Below, piece after piece: positions 1-7,628 of a DNA stretch of 20,161 bases. Location: positions 1-20,161 of IMG/VR virus record IMGVR_UViG_3300019776_000583, one strand, 5' to 3'. Each line of letters starts with the position of its first letter. Within the stretch, counting starts at the first letter, position 1. The translations under genes and the position numbers were made by a program. Source of the stretch: a virus. Taxonomy: Duplodnaviria > Heunggongvirae > Uroviricota > Caudoviricetes. The notes beneath the pieces were generated by a model that was not told the DNA's origin, did no database searches, and saw nothing but the letters and a program-made list of their open reading frames with translations.

Positions 1-98
1 AGCTGGCACACGCCGAGCGCCGGGCGCGCTGCGAGCGCGTGATGGCCACGCTGAAGGTGGAGCGCAAGGGTCTCGCGCTAGACGCGCAAGGCGCATAA
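1..98 (+). CDS. 3' end of a gene truncated by the window edge (hypothetical)
   Basis: Frame from nt 3 reads LAHAERRARCERVMATLKVERKGLALDAQGA, stop TAA at 96-98, with GC3-rich codons. Confidence 0.5.
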   Translation, partial: LAHAERRARCERVMATLKVERKGLALDAQGA

Positions 99-140
99 CC
101 GCCAGATGAGCTGCGCCGAAGGCGTCAGCTCCATCGAGCA

Positions 141-195
141 GTTGGGCGGCCAACCAGATGTTGTGCTATAAGGTCGCAACTCAACATTAAGGTTG
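141..195 (+). promoter_or_regulatory. Putative promoter/operator of the HU gene
   Basis: TGC-TATAAG extended -10 (164-172), CAACCAGATGTTG palindrome (151-163), further GTTG/CAAC half-sites at 141, 177, 182 and 192. Confidence 0.55.
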
Positions 196-200
196 CCGCT

Positions 201-500
201 GTGAAGAAGCACGATCTCGTCGACACCATCGCAAAGGCCAGCGGCATCCACCGGCAGACGGTTCGCGATGTCTTGAACGCAGCTGCAGGCGCGGTGCGAG
301 ACGCATTGGCCGCCGGCGAGCCGGTGTTCCTGTTCGGCCTGGGCAAGTTGTCGATCACGCAGCGCGGAGAGAAGGCTGCGCGCAACATTCACACCGGCCA
401 GCCGGTCATCGTGCCACCCAGGAAGGTCGCCGTGTACCGCTCCAGCTCCTCGGTAGACGATGCCATCAACGCTCGAAGCCCTGCTACGGCAGAGGCGTAG
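201..500 (+). CDS. HU/IHF-family histone-like DNA-binding protein
   Basis: MKKHDLVDTIAKASG N-terminus and V.LFGLGKL...RGEKAARNIHTGQPVIVPPRK arm typical of the HU family. GTG start. Confidence 0.92.
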   Translation: MKKHDLVDTIAKASGIHRQTVRDVLNAAAGAVRDALAAGEPVFLFGLGKLSITQRGEKAARNIHTGQPVIVPPRKVAVYRSSSSVDDAINARSPATAEA

Positions 501-912
501 GCAGGCCGTCGCCGCGCGCCGCAAGACGCCCGCGGATGAGGAGCACCAGCACCAGGCGGCGCTCATCGAGTGGGCTGGTATGGCGAGGCTTCCTGATGCA
601 CCTGACGTCGAGCCTGGCGCGCATGTTGCCGACTACCTTTTCGCGATCCCGAACGGCGGCAAGCGCAGCCCCCGCGCCGCTGGCCGGCTCAAGGCCGAGG
701 GGCTGAAGCCTGGCGTGTGGGACCTACATCTGGCGCTGGCCCGCGGCGGCCACCCGGGGCTATGGATCGAGATGAAGTCCAGCACCGGCTCGCTCGAGGC
801 TGATCAGAAGGCCTGGGGCGCGCGGATGAAGCTCGCCGGCTACCAGGCGCACGTCTGCCGCACGTTCGACGCAGCCAGGGCTGCCTTGGTGGCTTACCTG
901 GGCATGCGATGA
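460..912 (+). CDS. VRR-NUC-like PD-(D/E)xK nuclease (probable resolvase)
   Basis: EHQHQAALIEW, LFAIPNGGKR, LKAEGLKPGVWDL, LWIEMKS and Q..W motifs. Start uncertain (41-nt overlap with HU). Confidence 0.85.
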   Translation: MPSTLEALLRQRRRQAVAARRKTPADEEHQHQAALIEWAGMARLPDAPDVEPGAHVADYLFAIPNGGKRSPRAAGRLKAEGLKPGVWDLHLALARGGHPGLWIEMKSSTGSLEADQKAWGARMKLAGYQAHVCRTFDAARAALVAYLGMR

Positions 913-1436
913 AGCGATCCGGATTCAGGTCCAAGGGCTGGGAGCCGCGGCCCACCAAGACAATCGACTACGTGCCGCGCCCGCGCTCGACCGTGGTGAT
1001 CTCGGCGACGTCGACAGCACTCATCAAGCCGCAGCCAAAGAGCCCGCCAGGGCGCAGCCAGGCCTATCGCGACCTGGCTCGCGACAAGCCCTGCATGGTC
1101 CAGGTCCCGGGCGTCTGCTGCGGCGACGCCGCCACCACCGTGCTCGCGCATAGCAACGAGGGCGCCAACGGAAAGGGCCTTGGCCTGAAGGCTGATGACG
1201 CGATCGGCAGCGCCTGGGCCTGCTTCACGTGCCACGCCTGGGTCGACCAGGGTAGGGCGCCCGCGGAAAGCAAGAAGGCCGCCATGGAGGCGGCCTTCGC
1301 AAGGCAGATCGTGGAGATCGAGCGCATCGCTGCGTCGGGCAGTCTCCGCGACCGGGCGGCAGCCCAATGGGCCCTCGACAGGATCAGGCGGGCTGAGCCA
1401 CCGCAGTCGGAGCCAGCACCTCGAAGCGCTCGCTGA
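909..1436 (+). CDS. DUF1364/YbcO-like Zn-binding putative nuclease
   Basis: ARDKPCMVQVPGVC...TTVLAHS...GLGLKADD...AWACFTCHAWVD. ATGA overlap with the upstream gene. Confidence 0.8.
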   Translation: MKRSGFRSKGWEPRPTKTIDYVPRPRSTVVISATSTALIKPQPKSPPGRSQAYRDLARDKPCMVQVPGVCCGDAATTVLAHSNEGANGKGLGLKADDAIGSAWACFTCHAWVDQGRAPAESKKAAMEAAFARQIVEIERIAASGSLRDRAAAQWALDRIRRAEPPQSEPAPRSAR

Positions 1437-1626
1437 AGCCGGCCGACTCTTTCAGGGTCAACACCTTCAGGTCAGCGTCTTCGCGGCTGTCGGCCGTGGC
1501 TGCGTCGACCAGGTGCAGGCCGTCGTACTGAGCGACGACGAACTTGCCGGCTGCGCGCGCGGCCTGGATGGCAGTGTTGGTGACGCTGGCCTGGTTGGCC
1601 CGGTTAATCTGATTCAGGTCATTCAT
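1384..1626 (-). CDS. Hypothetical protein (80 aa)
   Basis: ATGA coupling to the upstream gene and phage-like codon use. Confidence 0.65.
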   Translation of the reverse strand: MNDLNQINRANQASVTNTAIQAARAAGKFVVAQYDGLHLVDAATADSREDADLKVLTLKESAGFSERFEVLAPTAVAQPA

Positions 1627-1979
1627 GGTGCTGCTTTCGTGGTGATGTAGGGCTGAGCGCCCGGGGAGGGAACAAGGTGCGAGCGCGTAGTGTAGTTGCA
1701 GATGTTGCCGATGCGATCAATGCTCACGCAATATCCGAGTGACTCAAGGTGCGACCGGATCTGGCTGCTCGTCATGCCGCACTGCTCTCTCAGGCGACGG
1801 GCCTCGAGGATCAGCTCATCGGAGCCTTTGCCTGGAGGCCGCGGGTGAGGCTGCTTTATCTTGATGGCGCGAGGCGTGGCATAGTCGGCGCCGAGCACTG
1901 ACGTCACCAAGCTGTCGCGCAAAGGGGTGCGGTGCGTGATAGAGGTGCCGCTGCTGCGCTTGGGGCGGTCCTGCATCAA
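1623..1979 (-). CDS. Hypothetical protein, possible HTH
   Basis: SDELILEARRLREQCGMTSSQIRSHL...SIDRIGNICNY resembles an HTH. Coupled overlaps at both ends. Confidence 0.55.
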   Translation of the reverse strand: MMQDRPKRSSGTSITHRTPLRDSLVTSVLGADYATPRAIKIKQPHPRPPGKGSDELILEARRLREQCGMTSSQIRSHLESLGYCVSIDRIGNICNYTTRSHLVPSPGAQPYITTKAAP

Positions 1980-2350
1980 GTCATCCTCGCGCCAGGCCTG
2001 GCCGGCTCTCGGTGCGACTGGGCCGCCGCGCAGATTGCGCTGGCCAGCACGTCGTACACCCGCGATCCGCCAAGGGTCCAGTTGTTGGGTGCCGCAATCG
2101 GCGTGCCGTCGTCATCGACTCGAGCGAGCTGGCCCCGACCGTCTGAGCAGCCGGAGACGCCAACCCTGCCGCGGGACACGCCGCTGGCTGTCGAGAGATC
2201 GACGAGCATGTCGACCTGCATCATCTTGTTGACGTTCTCGTAGACCCGCAGCGTGGCCGGCTGCACGACGAAAACCCCAGCCCCGCTTGGTAGGACGATC
2301 GCTTCTGGAGATGAGGTGGCCAGGAGGGCCGCGAGGATGAGGGCCTTCAC
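1976..2350 (-). CDS. Putative secreted/periplasmic protein
   Basis: N-terminus MKALILAALLATSSPEA is signal-peptide-like. Two Cys. GTGA overlap. Confidence 0.65.
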   Translation of the reverse strand: MKALILAALLATSSPEAIVLPSGAGVFVVQPATLRVYENVNKMMQVDMLVDLSTASGVSRGRVGVSGCSDGRGQLARVDDDGTPIAAPNNWTLGGSRVYDVLASAICAAAQSHREPARPGARMT

Positions 2351-2679
2351 AGGGCCTCCGTCAGTCTGATGAGGGCCCTTGCCGTGCGCGCCCGGGCCGC
2401 CAGGCCTTGGCGCATCGATGTCAGGCCATCGACCAGGAGGTTGCTTCTGCGCAGGTCAAACGTGTCGCCGTTCTTGAACAGCACGCCTTGGTCTGGCTGC
2501 GCGCCGACTATGTAACGGTGCAGAAGGATTGTGATGCCACCTTCGGTGCGGGCTACGTAGAGGTGGTTGGAGGTGTTGACAATGCGCCAGACGTATCCCC
2601 GGAGCAGGTATGCGTCTTGCGGGTCGACGGTGACAACCCGCTGCCCGTAGGGCTTGCTCCTGATGATGAAGCCGCTCAT
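2347..2679 (-). CDS. Degenerate HNH-family protein
   Basis: LLHRYIVGA...GVLFKNGDTFDLRRSNL matches the HNH_3 pattern apart from the catalytic positions. RBS GAAAGGA. Confidence 0.7.
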   Translation of the reverse strand: MSGFIIRSKPYGQRVVTVDPQDAYLLRGYVWRIVNTSNHLYVARTEGGITILLHRYIVGAQPDQGVLFKNGDTFDLRRSNLLVDGLTSMRQGLAARARTARALIRLTEAL

Positions 2680-2900
2680 TGGTTTCCTTTCTGCGCCATG
2701 GCGGCGTACTTCTTGCGGAGGGCCTCGGCCTTCTTTTCGCTGTCTGCATGGCGGCCTTCGGCGACGAAGACGTGGTCGACGCGCTGCAGGTCGGTGCGGT
2801 CGAAGATGGCGTAGGTATCACCGGCAGAGATGCAGAGGCCGACGAAGTGCGCGTTGCCGGCGCGCACGTGGCGGTTCATGGTGGGGGAGTTGACGATCAC
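2676..2900 (-). CDS. Hypothetical protein (74 aa)
   Basis: GTG start inside a GTGA overlap with the upstream stop. VIVNSPTMNRHVRAG... Confidence 0.65.
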   Translation of the reverse strand: MIVNSPTMNRHVRAGNAHFVGLCISAGDTYAIFDRTDLQRVDHVFVAEGRHADSEKKAEALRKKYAAMAQKGNQ

Positions 2901-3202
2901 AGCTTGGCTCCCAGTGCCTTCGCGTAGGTCTCGACGCAGTCGAGGACCTCGCGGCCGTCGGTGCAGAAGCTGGCGCCGTCGCAGGGGTCCTTGGGGCCCT
3001 GCAGCTTCGTGCACGTCACCCAGTAGGCGCTCACACCCTCGCGGTCGATGACGATGCTTGGGTGCGCGGCGGCCAGTTTCTTGGCCTTGGCGAGAGCGGC
3101 GGTGGACTTGCCGCGCTCGGACTGCAGGGTCTTGCGCAGCGCGCCGTCGTTGGCGCGCACAGGCACGCCGAAGTACTTGCCGAGGATGTTCCAGTCTGCC
3201 AT
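2897..3202 (-). CDS. Hypothetical protein (101 aa)
   Basis: AAGGAG RBS before ATG at 3202. MADWNILGKYFG... Confidence 0.75.
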   Translation of the reverse strand: MADWNILGKYFGVPVRANDGALRKTLQSERGKSTAALAKAKKLAAAHPSIVIDREGVSAYWVTCTKLQGPKDPCDGASFCTDGREVLDCVETYAKALGAKL

Positions 3203-3218
3203 GTGATCTCCTTGGTGG

Positions 3219-3704
3219 TTAGGCCGAGGCCTTGAGTTTGGTCTTCGCCGGCTTGCCGGCCTTGGTGAGGGTGGCCTGGTAGGCCAAGGCCTTCGCCCTG
3301 GCGGCCTCGAGCGCGTCGTTGTCGCGCACCGACTCCAGGACCGTGTCGGCCGTGTACCCGCCGATCGAGCTCGTGACACCGTTGCGCTTGTAGGTGATCT
3401 CGAGCCGGTCGGCGACGCCGTTGAAGACGGTCTTGCTCGGCTTGATCGAGACGACGTAGTGCCAGCGGTCGGGGCCCAGGCCCATGCTGCCGGTGGACAT
3501 GATGATGTTGTCGCCGGGCCTGATCTCTGAGATGGGCTTTTGGAGCAGCGAGCTCAAGAAGGCCTTGGCCGCCTTGCCGCGCTTCGTGAGCCTCAGGCCG
3601 GTGCCGCCGCAGCCGAAGCAGCGGGTGCCGTTCATGGGGTTGTAGCTGTAGTGGCCACCACCGCCGCAGCGGCCGCAGGTTTCGGTCTCGAAGATGGTGG
3701 CCAC
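3219..3704 (-). CDS. DnaJ-type Zn-finger (CxxCxGxG x2) protein
   Basis: CGRCGGGG and CFGCGGTG repeats. GTG start at 3704 after AGGAG. Confidence 0.75.
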   Translation of the reverse strand: MATIFETETCGRCGGGGHYSYNPMNGTRCFGCGGTGLRLTKRGKAAKAFLSSLLQKPISEIRPGDNIIMSTGSMGLGPDRWHYVVSIKPSKTVFNGVADRLEITYKRNGVTSSIGGYTADTVLESVRDNDALEAARAKALAYQATLTKAGKPAKTKLKASA

Positions 3705-3779
3705 GTAATCTCCTGTTTGCGTTGACGACAGAACAAATTGTGGCACAGCCAACAGAAAGTTGTATAGGTAGTTACCCTA
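3705..3779 (-). promoter_or_regulatory. Repeated promoter/RBS linker, copy 1
   Basis: Minus strand: TAG GGTAACTACCTATA CAACTTTCTGTTG GCTGTGC CACAAT TTGTTCTGTCGTCAACGCAAACAGGAG. Confidence 0.8.
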
Positions 3780-3977
3780 GAACACAAGCAGGAGCAGCGC
3801 GGCGCCGCAGACTGTGATCGTCAGGCCAAGGCGGTAGGCGATCGTCAGTAGCCTGTTGGCTTTGGTGAGGTTTTTGCGTGGCCACAGCAGTGGCGCCAGG
3901 AGGCCGAGCGTCACGGACAGGCCGGAGTACAGTAGGCCCGCCACGACGACGAACAGGGCGTTGGTGTCAGCACTCAT
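3777..3977 (-). CDS. Small membrane protein (66 aa, 2 TM)
   Basis: Two hydrophobic stretches. ATGA overlap. Confidence 0.7.
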   Translation of the reverse strand: MSADTNALFVVVAGLLYSGLSVTLGLLAPLLWPRKNLTKANRLLTIAYRLGLTITVCGAALLLLVF

Positions 3978-4195
3978 CGTCCGCACTCCCTCAAGAACTC
4001 GCGCGCCGCGGTGTCGGCGCCCTGCTGGTCGTGCGCGCTTCGGCAGCCGTTGAGCACGCGGTCCAGGTGATCCAGGGCCTGGCGCAGCTGGCGCTCGGTG
4101 TGCGTCTCGGGGCAGCCGTGTGGCCACGCCGAGCAGGCGCGCCGGTGGCGCTCGAGGATGGCGTCGTTGCTCTGGGGGTCGATGCCAGCACTCAT
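3974..4195 (-). CDS. Hypothetical protein (73 aa)
   Basis: Coupled overlaps at both ends. Confidence 0.65.
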   Translation of the reverse strand: MSAGIDPQSNDAILERHRRACSAWPHGCPETHTERQLRQALDHLDRVLNGCRSAHDQQGADTAAREFLRECGR

Positions 4196-4419
4196 CGTGT
4201 CACCGCCTCAGCGGCGGTCTCGACCCACACTTTGGCGCCGCAGCTCAGCGGCTTGTCGGGCGAGTAGACGACCCTGCTCGGCCCGAGGATCTCGACCTCA
4301 TGGGCGTAGGTGTTGGTGCGCCCGCGCTTGACCGTGATGACGGGGTCGCGCGCTCCGGTCTTGAGGTTGGCCCTGATGATTGCCTGGTTGACGTGGACCC
4401 GGGTGATAGCTGCGCTCAT
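4192..4419 (-). CDS. Conserved phage hypothetical protein (75 aa)
   Basis: RVHVNQ..IR.N...PVITVK.GRTNTYAHEVEILGPS.VVYSPDKPLSCGAKVWVET, recalled as a widespread phage family. Confidence 0.75.
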   Translation of the reverse strand: MSAAITRVHVNQAIIRANLKTGARDPVITVKRGRTNTYAHEVEILGPSRVVYSPDKPLSCGAKVWVETAAEAVTR

Positions 4420-4763
4420 CAGTAGCTCCCCCGCGCCAGGCGCGTCTTCACCACCGTGCGGAAGTGGCCCATGGCCAGCGGCTGCAGGCTTTCCTGCTCG
4501 ATGGTCAGCACGACACCGGAGTGTGCCGCGCGCTTCGCCAGGGCGCCCGCCTCGAGGCGCACGCGGTCGACCTCGTTGGAGGCCAGCTTGCGCTGCTGGT
4601 CGTGCAGCTCGGTCTTGAGCCGCCGGAAGCTGGCCAGGGCGCGATCAGCCTGGCCCAGGGCCTCGTGACGGGCGCCGTCGAAGCGCGCAAGCTCGCGCTG
4701 GAGGTTCTCGAGCTCGTCGAGTAGAAGGTTGCGCTCTGCGCGCAGGCGTTCAGCGTCGGTCAT
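4419..4763 (-). CDS. Coiled-coil hypothetical protein (114 aa)
   Basis: Heptad-rich sequence, GGAG RBS, TGATG overlap downstream. Confidence 0.7.
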   Translation of the reverse strand: MTDAERLRAERNLLLDELENLQRELARFDGARHEALGQADRALASFRRLKTELHDQQRKLASNEVDRVRLEAGALAKRAAHSGVVLTIEQESLQPLAMGHFRTVVKTRLARGSY

Positions 4764-4770
4764 GGATCTC

Positions 4771-4959
4771 CTACAGAGTGGTGGGAAGCGTCTGCTCGAC
4801 GCGGATCTCGTAGCCCAGCCGCTTGATCAGCTCGAGCGTGGGCTTGGTGAGGGTCTTGGTGCCTGCGATCTGGGCGAAGAGCTCGCCGGTGCGGCATGCG
4901 GGCTGCACGACCTTCTGGCCGTACTGCTGCTCGAGGCGGACGGTGATGTGGGTTGTCAT
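4771..4959 (-). CDS. Conserved phage hypothetical protein (62 aa)
   Basis: TAATG overlap. YGQKVVQPAC...FAQIAGTKTLT...IKRLGYEI recalled as a common phage family. Confidence 0.7.
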   Translation of the reverse strand: MTTHITVRLEQQYGQKVVQPACRTGELFAQIAGTKTLTKPTLELIKRLGYEIRVEQTLPTTL

Positions 4960-5456
4960 TAGAACTCCTGGTTGTAGCGATCGACGACACCCTTGACGAG
5001 GCCCCACGTGCCACCGGCCTGGGTCCAGCCGGAGGACAGCTTGTTGCGGTAGAACCGCAGCTTGCCGCGGGGCCCGTCGACGGTGATGACGCGGCGCGTC
5101 GGGGCGGCGCTGATCGAGATGATCTTGCCGATCGGGAAGTAGTCGCCGTTGAACCCTTTGCTCACCTCGTCGCCGACCTGCGGGCAGGCCATCACGTCGA
5201 AGCGCGGGCTCACGCTCGGGCCATTGTCGACGGGTATCCAGTCCTCGCCGGTGAGCGCGGTGGCGCTGGCCGCGAGGCGGGTCACGAACTCGAGGGACGG
5301 GAAGTCCCAGCGCTCGATCCATCCGGCGCCCAGCGGCTTGCCGGGCTGGCGGGCCCAGATGCTGGGGTCGCGGCCGGCGCCATCGATGTTCGTGCGGCCG
5401 TCGACGATCTCGACGACGTTGAGCTGGTTGTCCAGGCGGAAGTGGTTGACGGACAT
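4959..5456 (-). CDS. Hypothetical protein (165 aa)
   Basis: GAGGAG RBS and globular-looking sequence. Confidence 0.75.
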   Translation of the reverse strand: MSVNHFRLDNQLNVVEIVDGRTNIDGAGRDPSIWARQPGKPLGAGWIERWDFPSLEFVTRLAASATALTGEDWIPVDNGPSVSPRFDVMACPQVGDEVSKGFNGDYFPIGKIISISAAPTRRVITVDGPRGKLRFYRNKLSSGWTQAGGTWGLVKGVVDRYNQEF

Positions 5457-5466
5457 GGCGGTCTCC

Positions 5467-5754
5467 TCAGAAGGGTGCGGGGTCGGCCAGATCGCGGCCG
5501 GTGGGCGGCGCGCTGGCGGAGGCGCGCGGGAAGGGCCAGTTGAGGGCGGGCTGCTCGCGCGGCACGATCACGCCGTGCTGCTGCGACAGGTGCGGCCACA
5601 GGCCGTGCTGCTCGATCAGGTTCTCGAGCTCATCCTTCGTGCGGCGGGCGAGCGTCGAGCGGTGCAGGGTGGCCAGCGTCGCAGCCACGGCCGCCGGGTG
5701 AGTGGCAACCAGGGGCAGCGCTCGGTCGACGGCCTTCTGTTCGGACTTGTTCAT
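5467..5754 (-). CDS. Hypothetical protein (95 aa)
   Basis: ATG at 5754 just after the upstream stop. MNKSEQKAVDRAL... Confidence 0.65.
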   Translation of the reverse strand: MNKSEQKAVDRALPLVATHPAAVAATLATLHRSTLARRTKDELENLIEQHGLWPHLSQQHGVIVPREQPALNWPFPRASASAPPTGRDLADPAPF

Positions 5755-5758
5755 GGCG

Positions 5759-6061
5759 TCAGGCCGAGAAGTCGCCGGCCTGGGTGCGGTCGTGACGGCT
5801 GAGCAGGACGGACGCATTGACGGCAGGGATCTCGTGGCGGCGCCCGGTGGCGCTGTAGCGGTCGTAGCAGACCGATAGGCGACGAAGCGCTTCCAGCAGC
5901 TCGGTGTACGTCGGCAGCACGGCGTTGTTGAGGCAGCTGTCGGCAGTGGCGATGGCCTCTTGGGCGACGGTGGGCTTGCCGGCGTCGACATCGGCCTCAT
6001 GCGCGGTTTTGGCGATGCAGGCGGCGAGGAGGGTGTTGCGGGGAATCAAGGTGCCGGACAT
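5759..6061 (-). CDS. Hypothetical protein (100 aa)
   Basis: CAGGAG RBS of the linker before ATG at 6061. Confidence 0.75.
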   Translation of the reverse strand: MSGTLIPRNTLLAACIAKTAHEADVDAGKPTVAQEAIATADSCLNNAVLPTYTELLEALRRLSVCYDRYSATGRRHEIPAVNASVLLSRHDRTQAGDFSA

Positions 6062-6141
6062 GTAAAACTCCTGGTTGGTTTGCTTGACAGGCGAACGAAT
6101 AGTATCAAAGCCAACAGAAAGTTGTATTGGGACAAACCCTA
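6062..6141 (-). promoter_or_regulatory. Repeated promoter/RBS linker, copy 2
   Basis: Minus strand: TAG GGTTTGTCCCAATA CAACTTTCTGTTG GCTTTGA TACTAT TCGTTCGCCTGTCAAGCAAACCAACCAGGAG. Confidence 0.75.
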
Positions 6142-6321
6142 TGCCGACCGAACCAGGACAACCCGCCCCGTCGAGCGATCGCGCTGGATGATGTCGCCTG
6201 GCTTGATCGGCGCGCCCGTGTCTGCGCAGCGGCCGACGAATCGGGCCGTCTCGTCGCGCGGGCCGCGGGGCTCGCCCAGCTCGCGGCGGAAGTGCCCGCC
6301 CGTGCCTCGGTAGCCGGTCAT
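6139..6321 (-). CDS. Hypothetical protein (60 aa)
   Basis: ATGA overlap. ARFVGRCADTGAPIKPGDII. Confidence 0.65.
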   Translation of the reverse strand: MTGYRGTGGHFRRELGEPRGPRDETARFVGRCADTGAPIKPGDIIQRDRSTGRVVLVRSA

Positions 6322-6677
6322 CGGTGCACCCCGCCGGCGCGGCGATTGTTCTGCGGCGTTGCCAGGTCCCAGACGGACGCCACGCGCACGCGGCGCAATG
6401 CGCGGTAGCGCTCGCCGTAAGCAGCCTCACCCAGCGGCTTGGGCTTCGCGGGCCTGGCGCGCGGGCCCGGGCCGGCAGACCAGAGCGCGCGCGGGTACAG
6501 GCGGCCGCCATCGTCGTCTCGGCGCCAGCCGGAGATGTGGACCAGGCTCGATGTCCCCATGGTGCTGAGCTTTGCTCGGACACTGGCGACCGGGGACCCG
6601 ACCTCGGCGGCCAGCTCGCGGGCGGTCATCGGGATGCCGAGCGCGAGGGCTGCGGCGATGCGTTGGGATAGGGTCAC
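6318..6677 (-). CDS. Winged-HTH DNA-binding protein
   Basis: MTARELAAEVGSPVASVRAKLSTM...VHISGWRR. GTGA-coupled start. Confidence 0.65.
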   Translation of the reverse strand: MTLSQRIAAALALGIPMTARELAAEVGSPVASVRAKLSTMGTSSLVHISGWRRDDDGGRLYPRALWSAGPGPRARPAKPKPLGEAAYGERYRALRRVRVASVWDLATPQNNRRAGGVHR

Positions 6678-7051
6678 GCCGCCGCCTTCTGGGCCAGCTC
6701 GAGGCGCGAGCCGTCGGGCGTGATGAAGCGCCCGGGGTCGAAGTCGCCCCAGGCGGCGGCGCGGGGGCCGATCAGGCGGCCTTCCTTGCGCGCGGGCAGC
6801 CAGACAGCGATGGCGTCCTGGCCGGTCAGTTCGGCGACCTTGTGGACCGCGTCGGCTAGGCTGACGTCGACCTTGCAGTAGGTGGCCAGGCCCCACTCGG
6901 CGGCGACGACCAGGGTCGGCTCGGTGTCCGAATCGATCGTCTCGCTGGTGCGGACGAAGAAGCCGTGGGTGGACAGGACCTGCAGCACGCTGTTGGCTGC
7001 GACGATGCCGAAGGCCTCAGAGGCCAGGCCGATGTTGAGGTGAACGAGCAC
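6674..7051 (-). CDS. Hypothetical protein, candidate SAM lyase (T3 SAMase-like)
   Basis: TEPTLVV and GQDAIAVW resemble the T3 SAMase segments TEEKTVRV and EQDCVLVY. The ORF is secure, the function is inferred. Confidence 0.45.
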   Translation of the reverse strand: MLVHLNIGLASEAFGIVAANSVLQVLSTHGFFVRTSETIDSDTEPTLVVAAEWGLATYCKVDVSLADAVHKVAELTGQDAIAVWLPARKEGRLIGPRAAAWGDFDPGRFITPDGSRLELAQKAAA

Positions 7052-7117
7052 TCATTGCTTTCTGCTGCAGTGGGAGACTCCACTCGCCTGGGCTGGCTGC
7101 CCAAGCGGCTGGGGTCG

Positions 7118-7333
7118 TCAGCCGACGATGGTGAATCGGTGCCCTCGGCGGATGACGCAAGAGCCCGCATCCGCCTTGAACTCGACGCAGTCGACCGAGT
7201 CCGGCCAGCGCCGCGCCTCGACCTCGGGCGCGCCGAGGATGGCGCGTTCGCGCTGCCCGACAACGTCGGCCATCCGGCGCAGCAGGGAAAGACCGAAGCC
7301 GCGAGCTGGGGCGAAGGTGTGGCGGAAGTACAT
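7118..7333 (-). CDS. Hypothetical protein (71 aa)
   Basis: AGGAG five nt before ATG. First gene after linker copy 3. Confidence 0.6.
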   Translation of the reverse strand: MYFRHTFAPARGFGLSLLRRMADVVGQRERAILGAPEVEARRWPDSVDCVEFKADAGSCVIRRGHRFTIVG

Positions 7334-7406
7334 TTCATCTCCTGTAAGCGTTGACGACAGAGCCTATTGTGCACACCACAACAGCGTGTTGCGTAGGTGT
7401 TTACCC
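7334..7406 (-). promoter_or_regulatory. Repeated promoter/RBS linker, copy 3
   Basis: Minus strand: GGGTAA ACACCTACG CAACACGCTGTTG TGGTGTG CACAAT AGGCTCTGTCGTCAACGCTTACAGGAG. Confidence 0.8.
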
Positions 7407-7619
7407 GCGACTCTTGAGGAAGTTCACGTAGTGGTCCCAGTTCGCGCTGGTCAGGAACCAGAGCGTCTTGTCGATGCCGGGCCCGATCAGGCCCCAATCG
7501 AACTTCGCTCCGGGCCGCTGCGAGTCGCGCAGCACCAGCACGTAGGGGTACGCGCCGCCGGCGCTGTGCTTCTGGACGGACGAACCGTCGGGGAGGTGGC
7601 CTTGGTAGGTGGTGGTCAT
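7401..7619 (-). CDS. Hypothetical protein (72 aa)
   Basis: ATG shortly after the upstream stop. Its stop TAA lies in the linker. Confidence 0.7.
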   Translation of the reverse strand: MTTTYQGHLPDGSSVQKHSAGGAYPYVLVLRDSQRPGAKFDWGLIGPGIDKTLWFLTSANWDHYVNFLKSRG

Positions 7620-7628
7620 GGGTGACTT

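Noticed and set aside
6084-6112. Plus-strand TTGACA/TTGACG in the linkers as antisense promoters
   Set aside because: No acceptable -10 at 16-18 nt. It is the reverse complement of the conserved GTCAA leader motif
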